This document shows positions 16,404 through 26,548 of a stretch of DNA of 45,544 bases, piece after piece. The notes beneath the pieces were generated by a model. It did not search any database, was not told the DNA's origin, and saw only the letters and a program-made list of their open reading frames with translations. Source of the stretch: Acidimicrobiia bacterium. Lineage in GTDB: Bacteria; Actinomycetota; Acidimicrobiia; Spongiisociales; SHLN01. The translations under genes and the position numbers were made by a program. The stretch is taken from the NCBI GenBank assembly GCA_041619515.1, contig JBFKDW010000014.1, positions 1 through 45,544 on the forward strand, written 5' to 3'. The first letter of the stretch is position 1, and every line of letters starts with the position of its first letter.

Positions 16404-17045
16404 TCAGGAGACCAGAAAGCGCAAGAACCATTCGCCTGCCAGGTGCGAAACGCGTTCCAGGGTTCTGGGTTCGGAGAACAGGTGGGTGGCACCGGCAACA
16501 ACGGTTAGCTCGGTCGGGCACGCCATCTGGGAGCGTGCCAGGCGGTTGAGGCCAAGCACCTGCTCATCGCGACTTCCCACGATGAGCAGTGTGGGGGACG
16601 AGACCGACGCCAGGTACCGGCCGGCCAGGTCGGGCCGTCCGCCCCTCGAGACCACGGCGGAAATGCCCACACCGATGCGGGCGGAGGCTACGAGAGCGGC
16701 GGCCGCTCCGGTGCTGGCGCCGAACAGGCCGAGCGGGACCTCTGTGTCTGTCTCGTCGGCCAGCCAACCGGTGGCGGTCTCCAGGCGCCCGGCCAGGAGC
16801 TCGATATCGAACACATTCCGACGCTCGTGGGCTTCTTCGGGGGTCAGCAGGTCGAACAGAAGGGTGGTGAGCCCGGCCCGGTTGAGATGGGCGGCGACCG
16901 CCTGATTACGCGGGCTGAGACGGCTCGAGTCGCTCCCGTGGGCAAACACCACGGCTCCGGTCGCACCGGGTGGGGAGGCCAGCAAGCCGGGCAGGGCTGG
17001 TGAGGTGCCGACGACCACCGAGCGGGGAGCACCCGGACCGGTCAT
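16404..17045 (-). CDS. Dienelactone hydrolase-like alpha/beta hydrolase
   Basis: VFAHGSDSSRLSPRN, LFGASTGAAAA, VSRGGRPDLA, GATHLFSEP; 4-nt overlap with the upstream gene. Confidence 0.85.
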   Translation of the reverse strand: MTGPGAPRSVVVGTSPALPGLLASPPGATGAVVFAHGSDSSRLSPRNQAVAAHLNRAGLTTLLFDLLTPEEAHERRNVFDIELLAGRLETATGWLADETDTEVPLGLFGASTGAAAALVASARIGVGISAVVSRGGRPDLAGRYLASVSSPTLLIVGSRDEQVLGLNRLARSQMACPTELTVVAGATHLFSEPRTLERVSHLAGEWFLRFLVS

Positions 17046-17866
17046 GTCCCCGGGTCATCGGGCGCCAGGACACGGATTTCGGCGGCACCGGTGTTTCCGC
17101 CGGTGGAGCTGTCTATGTCGAATCGGAGAATCCGCCCGGTTGCCGGTACCGCCTGAAATCGGGGGTCGGCCGGGTTTCCGGCCGGGAACGGCCCCAGCAC
17201 GTCACCTCCGTCGACGGTCACCGTGTAGGTGGTGGTGATGGCGCTGCCGTCGGCCATCGATCGGGTGATGTACTCGAACCCACCGATCTCTGTGGCTGCC
17301 CCCAGGTCGATCGTGATGAACCCGTCGTCGCCGTCACCTCGCGTCGACCATTCGGTGGCAAGGTCGCCGTCGATGGCGCGGGCAGCTGCGAATGAGTCGT
17401 TGAACTCGGAGCTGACGCCGGTCACGGTGGCGCTGAGAGCCAGGTTGGTGCGCAGATCGGCCGGATCGCCGGCGCCGCTGGGCAGGGGGGAGTCCGGGAG
17501 GGTGAAGGTGGCCATCTCGCTGCGAAAGAGTCGGCCATCGGCGGTAGCGCCCTGCACGGTGAAAAAGTAGGTTTCACCGGCCGCCGCCCCCGGGAGGAAA
17601 ACGTCGTGCTGGATGATGCCGCTGCCGTTCATGCTGAGGGAGTTGTTCTGGTTGCCGAGCGCCTCGGTCGCTCCCCAGGTGATCGAGCAGATGCTCGGCT
17701 CGGTGGTCGTCACCCGGAAGATGGCCCGCCCGGGATCGAGCGGATCGAGCTCGAAGGTGAACTCGCTTGCCTGGATCTCGGAGAAGGGCAGCACCTCGGC
17801 ATCGCCGTTCGACCCGCAGCCGGCGCCCACCAGGGCGATGAGGAGGGTAAGGAGGGCGGTTCTCAT
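17042..17866 (-). CDS. Lipoprotein with an FN3-like domain and a discoidin (F5/8 type C, CBM32-like) domain
   Basis: LVGAGC lipobox; NLALSATV..SSEF..FAAARAIDGDLATEWS, ITIDLG, AEIRV. Confidence 0.8.
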   Translation of the reverse strand: MRTALLTLLIALVGAGCGSNGDAEVLPFSEIQASEFTFELDPLDPGRAIFRVTTTEPSICSITWGATEALGNQNNSLSMNGSGIIQHDVFLPGAAAGETYFFTVQGATADGRLFRSEMATFTLPDSPLPSGAGDPADLRTNLALSATVTGVSSEFNDSFAAARAIDGDLATEWSTRGDGDDGFITIDLGAATEIGGFEYITRSMADGSAITTTYTVTVDGGDVLGPFPAGNPADPRFQAVPATGRILRFDIDSSTGGNTGAAEIRVLAPDDPGT

Positions 17867-17900
17867 GACCCGGTTATACCGCTTGCCGTGGGCTACCGCA

Positions 17901-18719
17901 TCAGCGCGGCTTGTCTGCGATCAGGGTGTACATGAGCGGAACCTGGTCACGCAGCTCTGCGGGGAACTGGAACCACCCCTCCTGGATCTCGTCCATCCAC
18001 TCGTGCATCCGCCAGCACACCCGGTCGTGCTCGACGAACTGTCTGATACCGAAGCCTCGGTCGAGGAGAGAGGTGAAGATCTCACCGAGGCCGTGGTTCC
18101 ACTCGTGGGCGATGGTTTTGGTGAGCCGGGCGTCCCCCGCGTACGAAGCGTCCATGTCCCACGTCTGTCTGCGGCCCTCGAAATAGGGAAACCCCAGCAC
18201 GAGCAGGCGATCATCCCTGTCCTGGTCGAGCGCCCACGCCACCGGATGCCCCTCGGTGATGAACAGGCGGCCGCCCCGCCGGGTGAAGTGGTCGACGACG
18301 CCGGCCCACCCGTCGATGTCGGGGAGCCAGTTGAGGGCGCCGACACCGGTGTACACCATGTCGAACTGCTCGTCGAGTGCGGCGGGAGCGTCGTAGAGCT
18401 CCGACACGAAGAAGCGCCCCGGAGTATCGGTCTTCGCGAACAAGTCCCGGGCAGCTTCGATGGCCTTCGGAGAGAAGTCGATGCCGGTCACCGTCGCTCC
18501 CAGCCGGGCGAGCGACAGCGTGTCGGTGCCGATGTGGCATTGCAGGTGGAGCACATCCTGGCCTGTGATGTCGCCGAGCCGATCGCGGTCGAACTCGATG
18601 ACGTTTGACAGGTGGCCGGGATCCACCAGGTACCGGTCCACCCGGTAGCCGGTGATGTGACCGGCCACCCGATCGTCCCAATTGGCCCGGTTGTCTTCGC
18701 GAAACTCGTCCACCGGCAT
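17901..18719 (-). CDS. Class I SAM-dependent methyltransferase
   Basis: NRANWD, VLHLQCHIGTDTLSLARLGATVTGIDFS, FDMVYTGVGALNWLPD. Confidence 0.9.
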   Translation of the reverse strand: MPVDEFREDNRANWDDRVAGHITGYRVDRYLVDPGHLSNVIEFDRDRLGDITGQDVLHLQCHIGTDTLSLARLGATVTGIDFSPKAIEAARDLFAKTDTPGRFFVSELYDAPAALDEQFDMVYTGVGALNWLPDIDGWAGVVDHFTRRGGRLFITEGHPVAWALDQDRDDRLLVLGFPYFEGRRQTWDMDASYAGDARLTKTIAHEWNHGLGEIFTSLLDRGFGIRQFVEHDRVCWRMHEWMDEIQEGWFQFPAELRDQVPLMYTLIADKPR

Positions 18720-18802
18720 GGCGGCAGCCTAGGGATCTCGCCCTCACACCTCCGGGGCCGGCGCGGGCCGGGTAGGTTGCGAGACACACGAAAGGAGCGC
18801 CG

Positions 18803-19174
18803 ATGCCGCGCCCGGTGCATTTCGAACTACCCGCCGAGGACCCCGCCCGGGCCGCCACCTTCTACGAGAAGGTATTCGGGTGGGACATCCAGCGATGGGA
18901 AGGGGCACCCTACTGGCTGGTCACCTCCGGTCCCGATTCGGAGCCGGGCATCAACGGGGCCCTGGTCCAGAAGTCGGAGCGCTTCTCGCTGCCCGTGTTC
19001 GTGATCGAGGTGGCCGATATCGACGCGGCTGTGGCGGCGGTGGTGGAAGCCGGGGCGGTGATGGTCGTGGAGAAGAACCCGATTCCGGGGGTCGGCTATT
19101 CGGCGTACTTCGACGACCCGGAGGGAAACCGGATGGGTCTGTTCGAAACCGACGCATCGGTCACTCCCTCTTAG
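18803..19174 (+). CDS. VOC family (glyoxalase/bleomycin resistance) protein
   Basis: VHFELPAEDPARAATFY..VFGW, GINGAL, AYFDDPEGNRMGL. Confidence 0.9.
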   Translation: MPRPVHFELPAEDPARAATFYEKVFGWDIQRWEGAPYWLVTSGPDSEPGINGALVQKSERFSLPVFVIEVADIDAAVAAVVEAGAVMVVEKNPIPGVGYSAYFDDPEGNRMGLFETDASVTPS

Positions 19175-19183
19175 GCGGCCGCC

Positions 19184-19795
19184 ATGGAGTTGCGGACGGC
19201 CGAGGTTCGCTGGTTCGAGGCCGGCCCGTGTCCTGCGGAGGTCGCCGACTGGTTTCATCGGGGGGAGCCGGCGGGCGAGCCCGAGCGGCGCACCGATGTG
19301 TATCTGAAGCTCCCCGACCGCGATGACCTGGGGGTGAAGTTGCGTGGCGCCGGCCAGCTCGATCTCAAGATGCGTACGGGAACCCTGGCCGGCCTCGTCT
19401 TGCCGGATGGATTTGCGGGCCGGGGCGAGACCTGGGCGAAGTGGAGCTTTCCGCTGGCGCCCGGGCGCGGCTTGCCCGGAGGTGAGGCGTGGATCGCGGT
19501 AGAGAAGGTTCGCTGGGCCCGCTGGTATCGGGTGGCCGGCGACCGGACCGTGACGGCCGTTGCCACGGGCTCGGGCCTGGCCGATGGCGGGGCCGCAGAG
19601 CTCGTGGAGATCGGCGTTGGGAGGCACCGGGGGTGGGGCTTCGGATTCGAGGCCTTCGGCTCGGCCCTGAGGGCGGAGACGGTTCTCGAGGCCACGGTGA
19701 GGGCGTTCGCACGCGACGCGCCTTCAGGCGGGTTCCCGGCCGTCAACAGCCACAGCTACCCGTCCTGGCTGCGGATGTGGCCTTCCCCGGAGTAG
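19184..19795 (+). CDS. CYTH-like hypothetical protein
   Basis: ExRWF, RTDVYL, GVKLRG, LDLKMR, VEKVRW, FGFEA tunnel-like strand pattern. Confidence 0.55.
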   Translation: MELRTAEVRWFEAGPCPAEVADWFHRGEPAGEPERRTDVYLKLPDRDDLGVKLRGAGQLDLKMRTGTLAGLVLPDGFAGRGETWAKWSFPLAPGRGLPGGEAWIAVEKVRWARWYRVAGDRTVTAVATGSGLADGGAAELVEIGVGRHRGWGFGFEAFGSALRAETVLEATVRAFARDAPSGGFPAVNSHSYPSWLRMWPSPE

Positions 19796-19811
19796 CTGCC
19801 GGCGCCTGCTC

Positions 19812-20255
19812 CTACTCGACCATGCGCTTGACGTTGGCGACCGTCTTGTCCATGGCAGCCTGGGCGCGGGAGCGCATCATGACCGGCCACAACAGCGCGC
19901 TCACCGGCACCAGGTACCAGCGAGGATTGAGCTCGAGCGTCTGTGTGAGGCGGGTGCCCTGCTCGATCGGATCGAGGCGAATCTCCAGGTTGAACTTCAT
20001 CTGACCGTCGTCGCCCACATGCACCTGCCGGGTCATCGGTTCGAAATCCGTCACCATCCACTCGCTTTCGCTCTTGAATGGTGGAATGCCTCCGTACTCC
20101 TTGTAGGTGTACCCGAGGCCGAACTCACCCTCAGGGACACTGATCATCCGGTCGGTGGGATCTGCCAACTCCGGATATGTTGTCGGGTCGCACATGAGCT
20201 TCCAAATGGCCTCTGGGTGGGCCGAGATGTCGATGCTTGAAACCACTCGTGGCAT
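19812..20255 (-). CDS. SRPBCC (START/polyketide cyclase-like) protein
   Basis: SSIDISAHPEAIWKLMCDP, VTDFEP, GTRLTQ, C-terminal helix; RBS GGAGG. Confidence 0.85.
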   Translation of the reverse strand: MPRVVSSIDISAHPEAIWKLMCDPTTYPELADPTDRMISVPEGEFGLGYTYKEYGGIPPFKSESEWMVTDFEPMTRQVHVGDDGQMKFNLEIRLDPIEQGTRLTQTLELNPRWYLVPVSALLWPVMMRSRAQAAMDKTVANVKRMVE

Positions 20256-20372
20256 GCTTGTCCTCCCTCCGTGAGCCTGATCCAACCTACCGAACTCACA
20301 TCGACTGTGTGTCGCCCCTTCCCAACCATCGATGGCGGGGGAGTCAACCCCGGGCCGGCTGTGGTTCGACGG

Positions 20373-21380
20373 CTATTCGCTGAATACGTCGATCATGAAC
20401 CTGACGTCGGGGCCGAGCGGGTAGAGAATCGGGCTGGTGCAGCCCTTTGCGACGTACTCGGCGACCTTGGCGCGGCATTCCTCAGGGGTCCCGGAGGCGG
20501 TGATGAGCTGGACGATCTCGTCCGGCACCAGCTTGGACGCCGCTTTTACCTCTTCGTGGGTAGCGGGCCAGCTCAGGGCGGCCCCGACATCGTCGAGCAC
20601 GCTCTGGGGGACACCAGACGCCTTCATGATGTGCGGCTGCTGGCCGAGGTACTGGGTGACGAGCATGCGGGCCCCGTCGAGGGCGGCTCGGCGGTCCTCC
20701 GACACCGAACAGACCACCAGCTGGGGCCGGTCGATATCGTCGACCGTCCTCCCCGCCTTCTCCACTCCCCGGCCGAGCGCCTCCATGGCCCGCTCGTTAT
20801 ACGAGGGGGATACGAGATAATTGAGGAGGACCCCGTCGGCGATCTCGCCGGTCAGCTCCATCATCTTCATGCCGGTGGCGCCGATGTAGATCGGCACATC
20901 CTTGGGCCGGCGCTCCTGGTGCACATAGTCGAGGGCGACCCCGTCGAGGTGCACGAACTGCCCGTGGTAGGTGACGGTCTCGTCGTTGAGGAGTGCCCGC
21001 ACCGCCTCAACGGTTTCCCGCATGGCGGTGAGCGGCTTGGATCGGCTGATTCCGACCTGGGCGGCCAGCGGATCCCACCAGGCGCCGATGCCGAGTATCA
21101 CGCGGCCGGGCGCGAGGTCGTCGAGCGTGGAGAACGTCGACGCCAGCAGCGCGGCGTTGCGGGTCCAGTTGTTGACGACGCCCGAGCCGACCTTGATGCG
21201 ATCAGTATGGGTGAGGAAGACGGCCATCGGCACGGTCGCTTCCCGCGCCAGCCGGCTCTCAGCCTGCCACACCGACGTGAAACCCCGCTCCTCCGCGTAG
21301 CGGACCATCTCCATTGCCTCACGGATGGGACGGGAGTCCTGCACATACATGCCGTATCCCGCGCTCGGATTCCCGGCCAT
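20373..21380 (-). CDS. LLM-class flavin/F420-dependent oxidoreductase
   Basis: [60 protein letters not shown]. Confidence 0.9.
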   Translation of the reverse strand: MAGNPSAGYGMYVQDSRPIREAMEMVRYAEERGFTSVWQAESRLAREATVPMAVFLTHTDRIKVGSGVVNNWTRNAALLASTFSTLDDLAPGRVILGIGAWWDPLAAQVGISRSKPLTAMRETVEAVRALLNDETVTYHGQFVHLDGVALDYVHQERRPKDVPIYIGATGMKMMELTGEIADGVLLNYLVSPSYNERAMEALGRGVEKAGRTVDDIDRPQLVVCSVSEDRRAALDGARMLVTQYLGQQPHIMKASGVPQSVLDDVGAALSWPATHEEVKAASKLVPDEIVQLITASGTPEECRAKVAEYVAKGCTSPILYPLGPDVRFMIDVFSE

Positions 21381-21429
21381 AGTTCCTCCCGCCCTGCCGG
21401 TGCGTCCCACCGATCATACGCGGGTCGGG

Positions 21430-21462
21430 CCGTCCGGGGGCGGCGGTGCCGCCCCCGGACGG
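21430..21462. repeat. Perfect 15-bp inverted repeat
   Basis: ccgtccgggggcggc-ggt-gccgcccccggacgg. Confidence 0.8.
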
Positions 21463-21480
21463 GGAGCGTGCTGTTCGCGG

Positions 21481-21788
21481 TGCCGTCCTGAGTTGGAGCA
21501 TGTCGTTCGCGGTGGGGGAGGGGGTGCCGTCCGAGTTGCGAAGCAACTCGTAACTCGTACCCAGCGCGGAGGGGGTGCCGTCTGAGTTGCGAAGCAACTC
21601 GTGAGCAGCGCCGATGCCGTCCTGAGTTGGAGCATGTCGTTCGCGGTGGGGGAGGGGGTGCCGTCCGAGTTGCGAAGCAACTCGTAAGCAGCGCCGAAGG
21701 CGGTGCCGTCTGCGCTGGAGCGTGTCGTTCGCGGAGGGGGTGCCGTCTGAGTTGCGAAGCAACTCGTAAGCAGCGCCGAAGGCGCTGC
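21481..21788. repeat. REP/BIME-like mosaic cluster of palindromic repeats
   Basis: Four copies of ggagggggtgccgtcYgagttgcgaagcaactcgt at 21517, 21568, 21651 and 21733; exact 73-bp duplication 21481-21553 = 21615-21687; terminal hairpin gcagcgcc-gaa-ggcgctgc. Confidence 0.85.
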
Positions 21789-21804
21789 CGTTAACCTGGC
21801 GGTG

Positions 21805-22197
21805 ATGCCCCGCAGAGTTCTCATCGCCAAGCCCGGCCTCGATGGCCACGATCGCGGCGCCAAGGTGATCGCCCGGGCGCTTCGCGACGGGGGAGTCGAA
21901 GTCATCTATTCGGGGTTGCACCAGACCGCCGAGCAAATCGTCGAGACCGCCATCCAGGAAGACGTCGGCGGTGTCGGGTTGTCGGTGCTCTCGGGGGCGC
22001 ACATGACGCTGTTCCCCAAGGTGGTCGAGGGTCTGCGAGCTCGCGGGGCCGAGGACATCATCGTGTTCGGGGGTGGGATCATCCCCGACGAGGACATCGA
22101 GCCGCTGACGGCAGCCGGCCTCGCCGCTATCTTCACTCCTGGCGCTCCGCTTTCGGCGATCGTGGAGTGGGTCAACCAACATATCCCGGAAAGCTGA
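21805..22197 (+). CDS. Stand-alone B12-binding subunit of an acyl-CoA mutase (methylmalonyl-CoA mutase C-domain / IcmB-like)
   Basis: [13 protein letters not shown] (DxHxxG), [17 protein letters not shown]. Confidence 0.92.
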   Translation: MPRRVLIAKPGLDGHDRGAKVIARALRDGGVEVIYSGLHQTAEQIVETAIQEDVGGVGLSVLSGAHMTLFPKVVEGLRARGAEDIIVFGGGIIPDEDIEPLTAAGLAAIFTPGAPLSAIVEWVNQHIPES

Positions 22198-22200
22198 GCA

Positions 22201-23346
22201 GTGGACCTCTTCGAATACCAGGGCAAGTCCCTCTTCGCGCGAGCCGGAGTCCCGGTACCCGACGGACGGCTCGCCAACTCTCCGACCGAAGCCCGCACCG
22301 CCGCCCAGACGCTGGGAGGAACGGTGGTCGTCAAGGCCCAGGTGCAGGTCGGAGGCCGGGGCAAGGCCGGCGGCATCAAGGTCGCCGACAACCCGGTCGC
22401 AGCGGAGAAAGCAGCTACCGAGATCCTCGGCATGGACATCAAGGGGCATACGGTCCACTCCGTCTGGGTGGAGCAGGCCTCCGACATCGCCGCCGAGTAC
22501 TACGCCAGCTTCACGCTCGACCGATCCGCCAAGAAGCACCTGGCGATGGTGAGCGCCCAGGGCGGCGTAGACATCGAAGGTGTGGCTGAAGCCGATCCGG
22601 AGGCGGTCGTGCGGTTGCACATCGACCCGATCATCGGGCTGACAGACTGGCAGGCGCGCGAGCTCGTCTATCGGGCCAAGCTGGAGCCGACGGCGGCGCG
22701 CAAAGCCGCCGCCGCTCTCAAGAAGCTGTACGAAGCCTTCGTGTCCCTCGACTGCGACCTGGTCGAGGTCAACCCGCTCATCCTCACCGGCTCCGGTGAG
22801 GTGGTGGCACTCGACGCCAAGGTCACGCTCGACGCCAACGCCTTCTTCCGGCATCCCGACTTCGGAGAGTTCGAGACCGCTTTCCGCTGGGATCCGATCG
22901 AGGCAATGGCCAAGGAGCGTGATCTCAACTTCATCAAGCTGGACGGCAGCGTCGGCATCATCGGCAACGGCGCAGGGCTCGTCATGAGCACGCTCGACGT
23001 CGTCGACCTGGTGGGGGGCCGGGCCTCCAACTTCCTCGATGTCGGCGGCGGCGCCGGCGCCGACACCATCACAAACGCCCTCGAGGTCTTGACCCAGGAC
23101 GACAGCGTCAAGTCGGTGCTCATAAACATCTTCGGAGGCATCACCCGCTGCGACCTCGTCGCCGAAGGCATCATCGAGGCGCTCGGTCGGCTCGAGCTGC
23201 CCTGGCCGATCGTGGTGCGACTCGACGGCACCAACGCCGAGGAGGGGCGGGCGATTCTGGCGGCCTCACCCCACGAGAAGATGATCGCCGCCGCCACCAT
23301 GCGGCAGGCGGCCGAGAAGGCCGTCGAGCTGGCGGAGCAGGGCTGA
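22201..23346 (+). CDS. sucC: Succinyl-CoA synthetase beta subunit
   Basis: [56 protein letters not shown]. Confidence 0.97.
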   Translation: MDLFEYQGKSLFARAGVPVPDGRLANSPTEARTAAQTLGGTVVVKAQVQVGGRGKAGGIKVADNPVAAEKAATEILGMDIKGHTVHSVWVEQASDIAAEYYASFTLDRSAKKHLAMVSAQGGVDIEGVAEADPEAVVRLHIDPIIGLTDWQARELVYRAKLEPTAARKAAAALKKLYEAFVSLDCDLVEVNPLILTGSGEVVALDAKVTLDANAFFRHPDFGEFETAFRWDPIEAMAKERDLNFIKLDGSVGIIGNGAGLVMSTLDVVDLVGGRASNFLDVGGGAGADTITNALEVLTQDDSVKSVLINIFGGITRCDLVAEGIIEALGRLELPWPIVVRLDGTNAEEGRAILAASPHEKMIAAATMRQAAEKAVELAEQG

Positions 23347-24218
23347 TGGCCATTCTCATCGACGAGACAACCAAGCTCGTGGTCCAGGGCCTCACCGGGC
23401 GCGAAGGCCAGTTTCACGGGTTCCGCAATCGCGACTACGGCACAAACCTGGTGGCCGGCGTCACCCCGGGCAAGGGCGGAACCAGCCTCGACGGGGTACC
23501 GATCTTCGACACCGTCTCGGAGGCAGTCGAAGCCACCGGGGCCAACACCGCCATGACCTTCGTCCCACCGCCGTTTGCCGCCGACGCCATCATGGAGGCC
23601 GCCGCCGCCGGCATCGGCCTCATCGTGGCAATCACCGAAGGTATTCCGGCCCACGACGAGGCTCGCGTCTACAACTACATCACCAGGACCTCAGGCGCCC
23701 GCCTGCTCGGGCCCAACTGCCCCGGCCTCCTTTCTCCCGGGAAATCCAACGTCGGGATCATGCCGCCCGAGATCGCCCTTCCCGGCCGGGTGGGCGTGGT
23801 GTCGCGGTCTGGCACGCTGACCTACCAGGCCGTGCACGAGCTGACCGTGCTCGGCATCGGCCAGTCCAGCTGTATCGGTATCGGCGGTGACCCGGTGCCC
23901 GGCACCTCGTTCGTCGATGTCCTCGAACTGTTTCAGGCCGACGACGAGACCGACGCCGTGGTCATGATCGGTGAGATCGGCGGCACCGCCGAAGAGGAGG
24001 CAGCCGATTTCATCGCCGCCAACGTGACCAAGCCGGTCGTCACCTACATCGCCGGGGTGACGGCGCCGCCCGGCAAGAAGATGGGCCATGCCGGTGCCAT
24101 CATCTCCGGGGGCAAGGGCACCGCCGCCGCCAAGATGGAAGCACTGCGCTCAGTCGGCGCCACCGTCCTCGACGACCCCACCGAGATCGGCACCGCCATC
24201 AAGAGTCTGCTCGGCTAG
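23346..24218 (+). CDS. sucD: Succinyl-CoA synthetase alpha subunit
   Basis: [41 protein letters not shown] (phospho-His). Confidence 0.97.
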   Translation: MAILIDETTKLVVQGLTGREGQFHGFRNRDYGTNLVAGVTPGKGGTSLDGVPIFDTVSEAVEATGANTAMTFVPPPFAADAIMEAAAAGIGLIVAITEGIPAHDEARVYNYITRTSGARLLGPNCPGLLSPGKSNVGIMPPEIALPGRVGVVSRSGTLTYQAVHELTVLGIGQSSCIGIGGDPVPGTSFVDVLELFQADDETDAVVMIGEIGGTAEEEAADFIAANVTKPVVTYIAGVTAPPGKKMGHAGAIISGGKGTAAAKMEALRSVGATVLDDPTEIGTAIKSLLG

Positions 24219-24286
24219 GTGTCCTTCCCACAGAGGCGGCGGGTCGGGTGTCTGGAGACACTCGGGTTGCGTCCTAGGCTGGACTC

Positions 24287-25138
24287 GTGACCACGTTGCT
24301 GACCGGAAAAGAGCCGGCTGGGGCCATCAAGGACGAAGTCGCCGAGCGGATCATCAAGCTGGGTAAACGGGTTGGCCTCGCCACCGTGCTGGTGGGTGAG
24401 GATCCTGCCAGCGAGGTGTATGTCCGCATGAAGCACAAGGCCGCCGCCAAGGTGGGCATGTACACCTACGACCACAAGATCCCGGCGGATACGCCCCAGG
24501 CCGAGGTGGAGGATCTGGTTCGCAACCTCAACGCCGACCCGGCGGTCGATGGAATCCTGGTGCAGCTTCCCCTCCCCGCCGGGCTCGACCCCGACGCAGT
24601 GATCGACATCATCGACCCGGGGAAGGACGCCGACGGTCTCCATCCCCATAGCCTCGGGCTGGTGGTGCTGGAGCGGTCGGGTGGCGCCGTGCCGGCCACC
24701 CCGCAAGGAATCATGCGGATGCTCGACTTCTACGAGATCGACACCGAAGGCAAGCTGGCGGTCGTCATCGGGCGATCTCGGCTGGTGGGGCGGCCGATGG
24801 GCTTGCTCCTCAACCACAAGTCGGCCAACGCCACCGTCGTGCTTGCCCACTCCCGTACCAAGGATCTCCCCTCCATCACCGCCATGGCCGACATCTTGAT
24901 CGTGGCGGCCGGCCGCCCGGGTCTCGTCTCGGCCGACGGGGTGAAGCCGGGGGCAGTGGTCATCGACGTCGGCATCAACCGGGTAGACGGCGAGCTGGTG
25001 GGCGACGTCGATTTCGATTCGATCTCCGAGGTGGCATCGGCTATCACCCCCGTCCCGGGAGGGGTTGGCCCCATGACCATCGCCAGCCTCCTGCTCAACA
25101 CGGTCTCGCTGGCCGAGGCCCGAGCCGAGGCCGGCTGA
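24287..25138 (+). CDS. folD: Bifunctional methylene-THF dehydrogenase/cyclohydrolase
   Basis: VGEDPASEVYV, GILVQLPLP, KDADGLH, VIGRSRLVG.P, DVGINR, TPVPGGVGPMT. Confidence 0.97.
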   Translation: MTTLLTGKEPAGAIKDEVAERIIKLGKRVGLATVLVGEDPASEVYVRMKHKAAAKVGMYTYDHKIPADTPQAEVEDLVRNLNADPAVDGILVQLPLPAGLDPDAVIDIIDPGKDADGLHPHSLGLVVLERSGGAVPATPQGIMRMLDFYEIDTEGKLAVVIGRSRLVGRPMGLLLNHKSANATVVLAHSRTKDLPSITAMADILIVAAGRPGLVSADGVKPGAVVIDVGINRVDGELVGDVDFDSISEVASAITPVPGGVGPMTIASLLLNTVSLAEARAEAG

Positions 25139-25171
25139 CCAGCAACGACGGACGACAACGAGGAGCACCCA

Positions 25172-26374
25172 ATGGCGACCACTATCACAATGGGCCCAGA
25201 CGGCCTGCAGGTACCAGACGACCCCGTCATCCCCTTCATCGACGGCGATGGAATCGGCCCCGACATTTGGCACGCGTCGGTGCGCGTCTTCGATGCTGCA
25301 GTAGATAAGGCGTACGGAGGGTCTCGCCGGGTCGCCTGGAAGCAGGTCAAGGCGGGGCAGGCTGCCTTCGACGAGACCGGTGAATGGCTTCCCGAGGAAA
25401 CGGTCGACTTGTTCCGGCAGCATCTCGTCGGCATCAAGGGCCCGCTCACCACCCCGGTGGGTGGAGGCATCCGCAGCCTCAACGTCGCTCTGCGTCAGAT
25501 TCTCGACTTGTACGCCTGCGTGCGGCCGGTGCGCTGGTTCACCGGAGTTCCCTCGCCGGTCAAGCATCCCGAGCTCATCGACATGGTGATCTATCGGGAG
25601 AACACCGAAGACGTCTATGCCGGCATGGAGCTGGAGTCCGGGACTCCCGAGGCCAAAGCAATGCTGGACTTCGTGCAGAAGGAATACGGCTGGACCCCGC
25701 GGCCCGACGCCGGCATCGGCCTGAAGCCGGTGTCGGTCACCGGATCGAAGCGTCTCATCCGGGCCGCCCTCGAGTACGCCCTGGCCAACAATCGCAGATC
25801 GGTGACGCTGGTCCACAAAGGCAACATCATGAAGTTCACCGAAGGCGCCTTCCGGGAATGGGGCTACGAGCTGGTGCGGGACGAATTCTCCGACCGGGCC
25901 GTCGGATGGGACGACTGTGGAGGTGACCCCGGTGACAGGATGCTGGTGAAGGATGTCATCGCGGACGCTTTTCTCCAGCAGATCCTCACCCGCCCGGCCG
26001 AGTATGACGTCATCGCCACCACCAACCTGAACGGTGACTACATCTCGGATGCTCTTGCCGCCCAGGTGGGCGGCATCGGCATCGCTCCCGGCGCCAACAT
26101 CAACTACGAGACCGGCGTGGCGATCTTCGAGGCCACCCACGGAACCGCTCCCAAATACGCCGGCCAGGACAAAGTCAACCCGGGGTCGGTCATCCTCTCC
26201 GGGGCCCTCATGTTCAACTACCTCGGCTGGCCGGAGGTGGAGGCTGCCATCGTGCGAGGGCTGGAGGCGGCCGTGGCCGACAAGATCGTCACCTACGATT
26301 TCGAGCGTCTGATGGAGGGTGCCACCAAGGTCAAGACGTCGGAGTTCGCCGACGCCATGATCGAGCGCATGTAG
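25172..26374 (+). CDS. icd: Isocitrate dehydrogenase, probably NADP-dependent (E. coli-type dimeric)
   Basis: [71 protein letters not shown]. Confidence 0.97.
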   Translation: MATTITMGPDGLQVPDDPVIPFIDGDGIGPDIWHASVRVFDAAVDKAYGGSRRVAWKQVKAGQAAFDETGEWLPEETVDLFRQHLVGIKGPLTTPVGGGIRSLNVALRQILDLYACVRPVRWFTGVPSPVKHPELIDMVIYRENTEDVYAGMELESGTPEAKAMLDFVQKEYGWTPRPDAGIGLKPVSVTGSKRLIRAALEYALANNRRSVTLVHKGNIMKFTEGAFREWGYELVRDEFSDRAVGWDDCGGDPGDRMLVKDVIADAFLQQILTRPAEYDVIATTNLNGDYISDALAAQVGGIGIAPGANINYETGVAIFEATHGTAPKYAGQDKVNPGSVILSGALMFNYLGWPEVEAAIVRGLEAAVADKIVTYDFERLMEGATKVKTSEFADAMIERM

Positions 26375-26548
26375 CCGGCCGATGCCCCCGTGGGCCGGGG
26401 CCTGGACCGTTCCCACCGGTGCTGGGAAAACCATCCATACCACCAAGGGCGGGCTTAACTAGTCACGCTCTGGTTCCGAAGAACAATGGGTGATATCGCT
26501 CGTTGCCGTCGACCGAATCGCGCCGGCTGAACAGAACTCGGGACTCCA

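Noticed and set aside
21517..21767. CRISPR array (four palindromic 35-bp repeats)
   Set aside because: The intervening sequences are 16, 48 and 47 nt, are related to each other rather than unique, and no cas genes are present in the window
21414..21905. Repetitive minus-strand ORF (163 aa) and the overlapping 21319-22854 ORF
   Set aside because: They are translations of the non-coding repeat cluster and antisense to the B12-binding and sucC genes
26486..26530. Upstream ATG as the start of the giant ORF
   Set aside because: An in-frame TGA at 26528-26530 ends it after 14 codons; GTG 26549 gives a proper signal peptide
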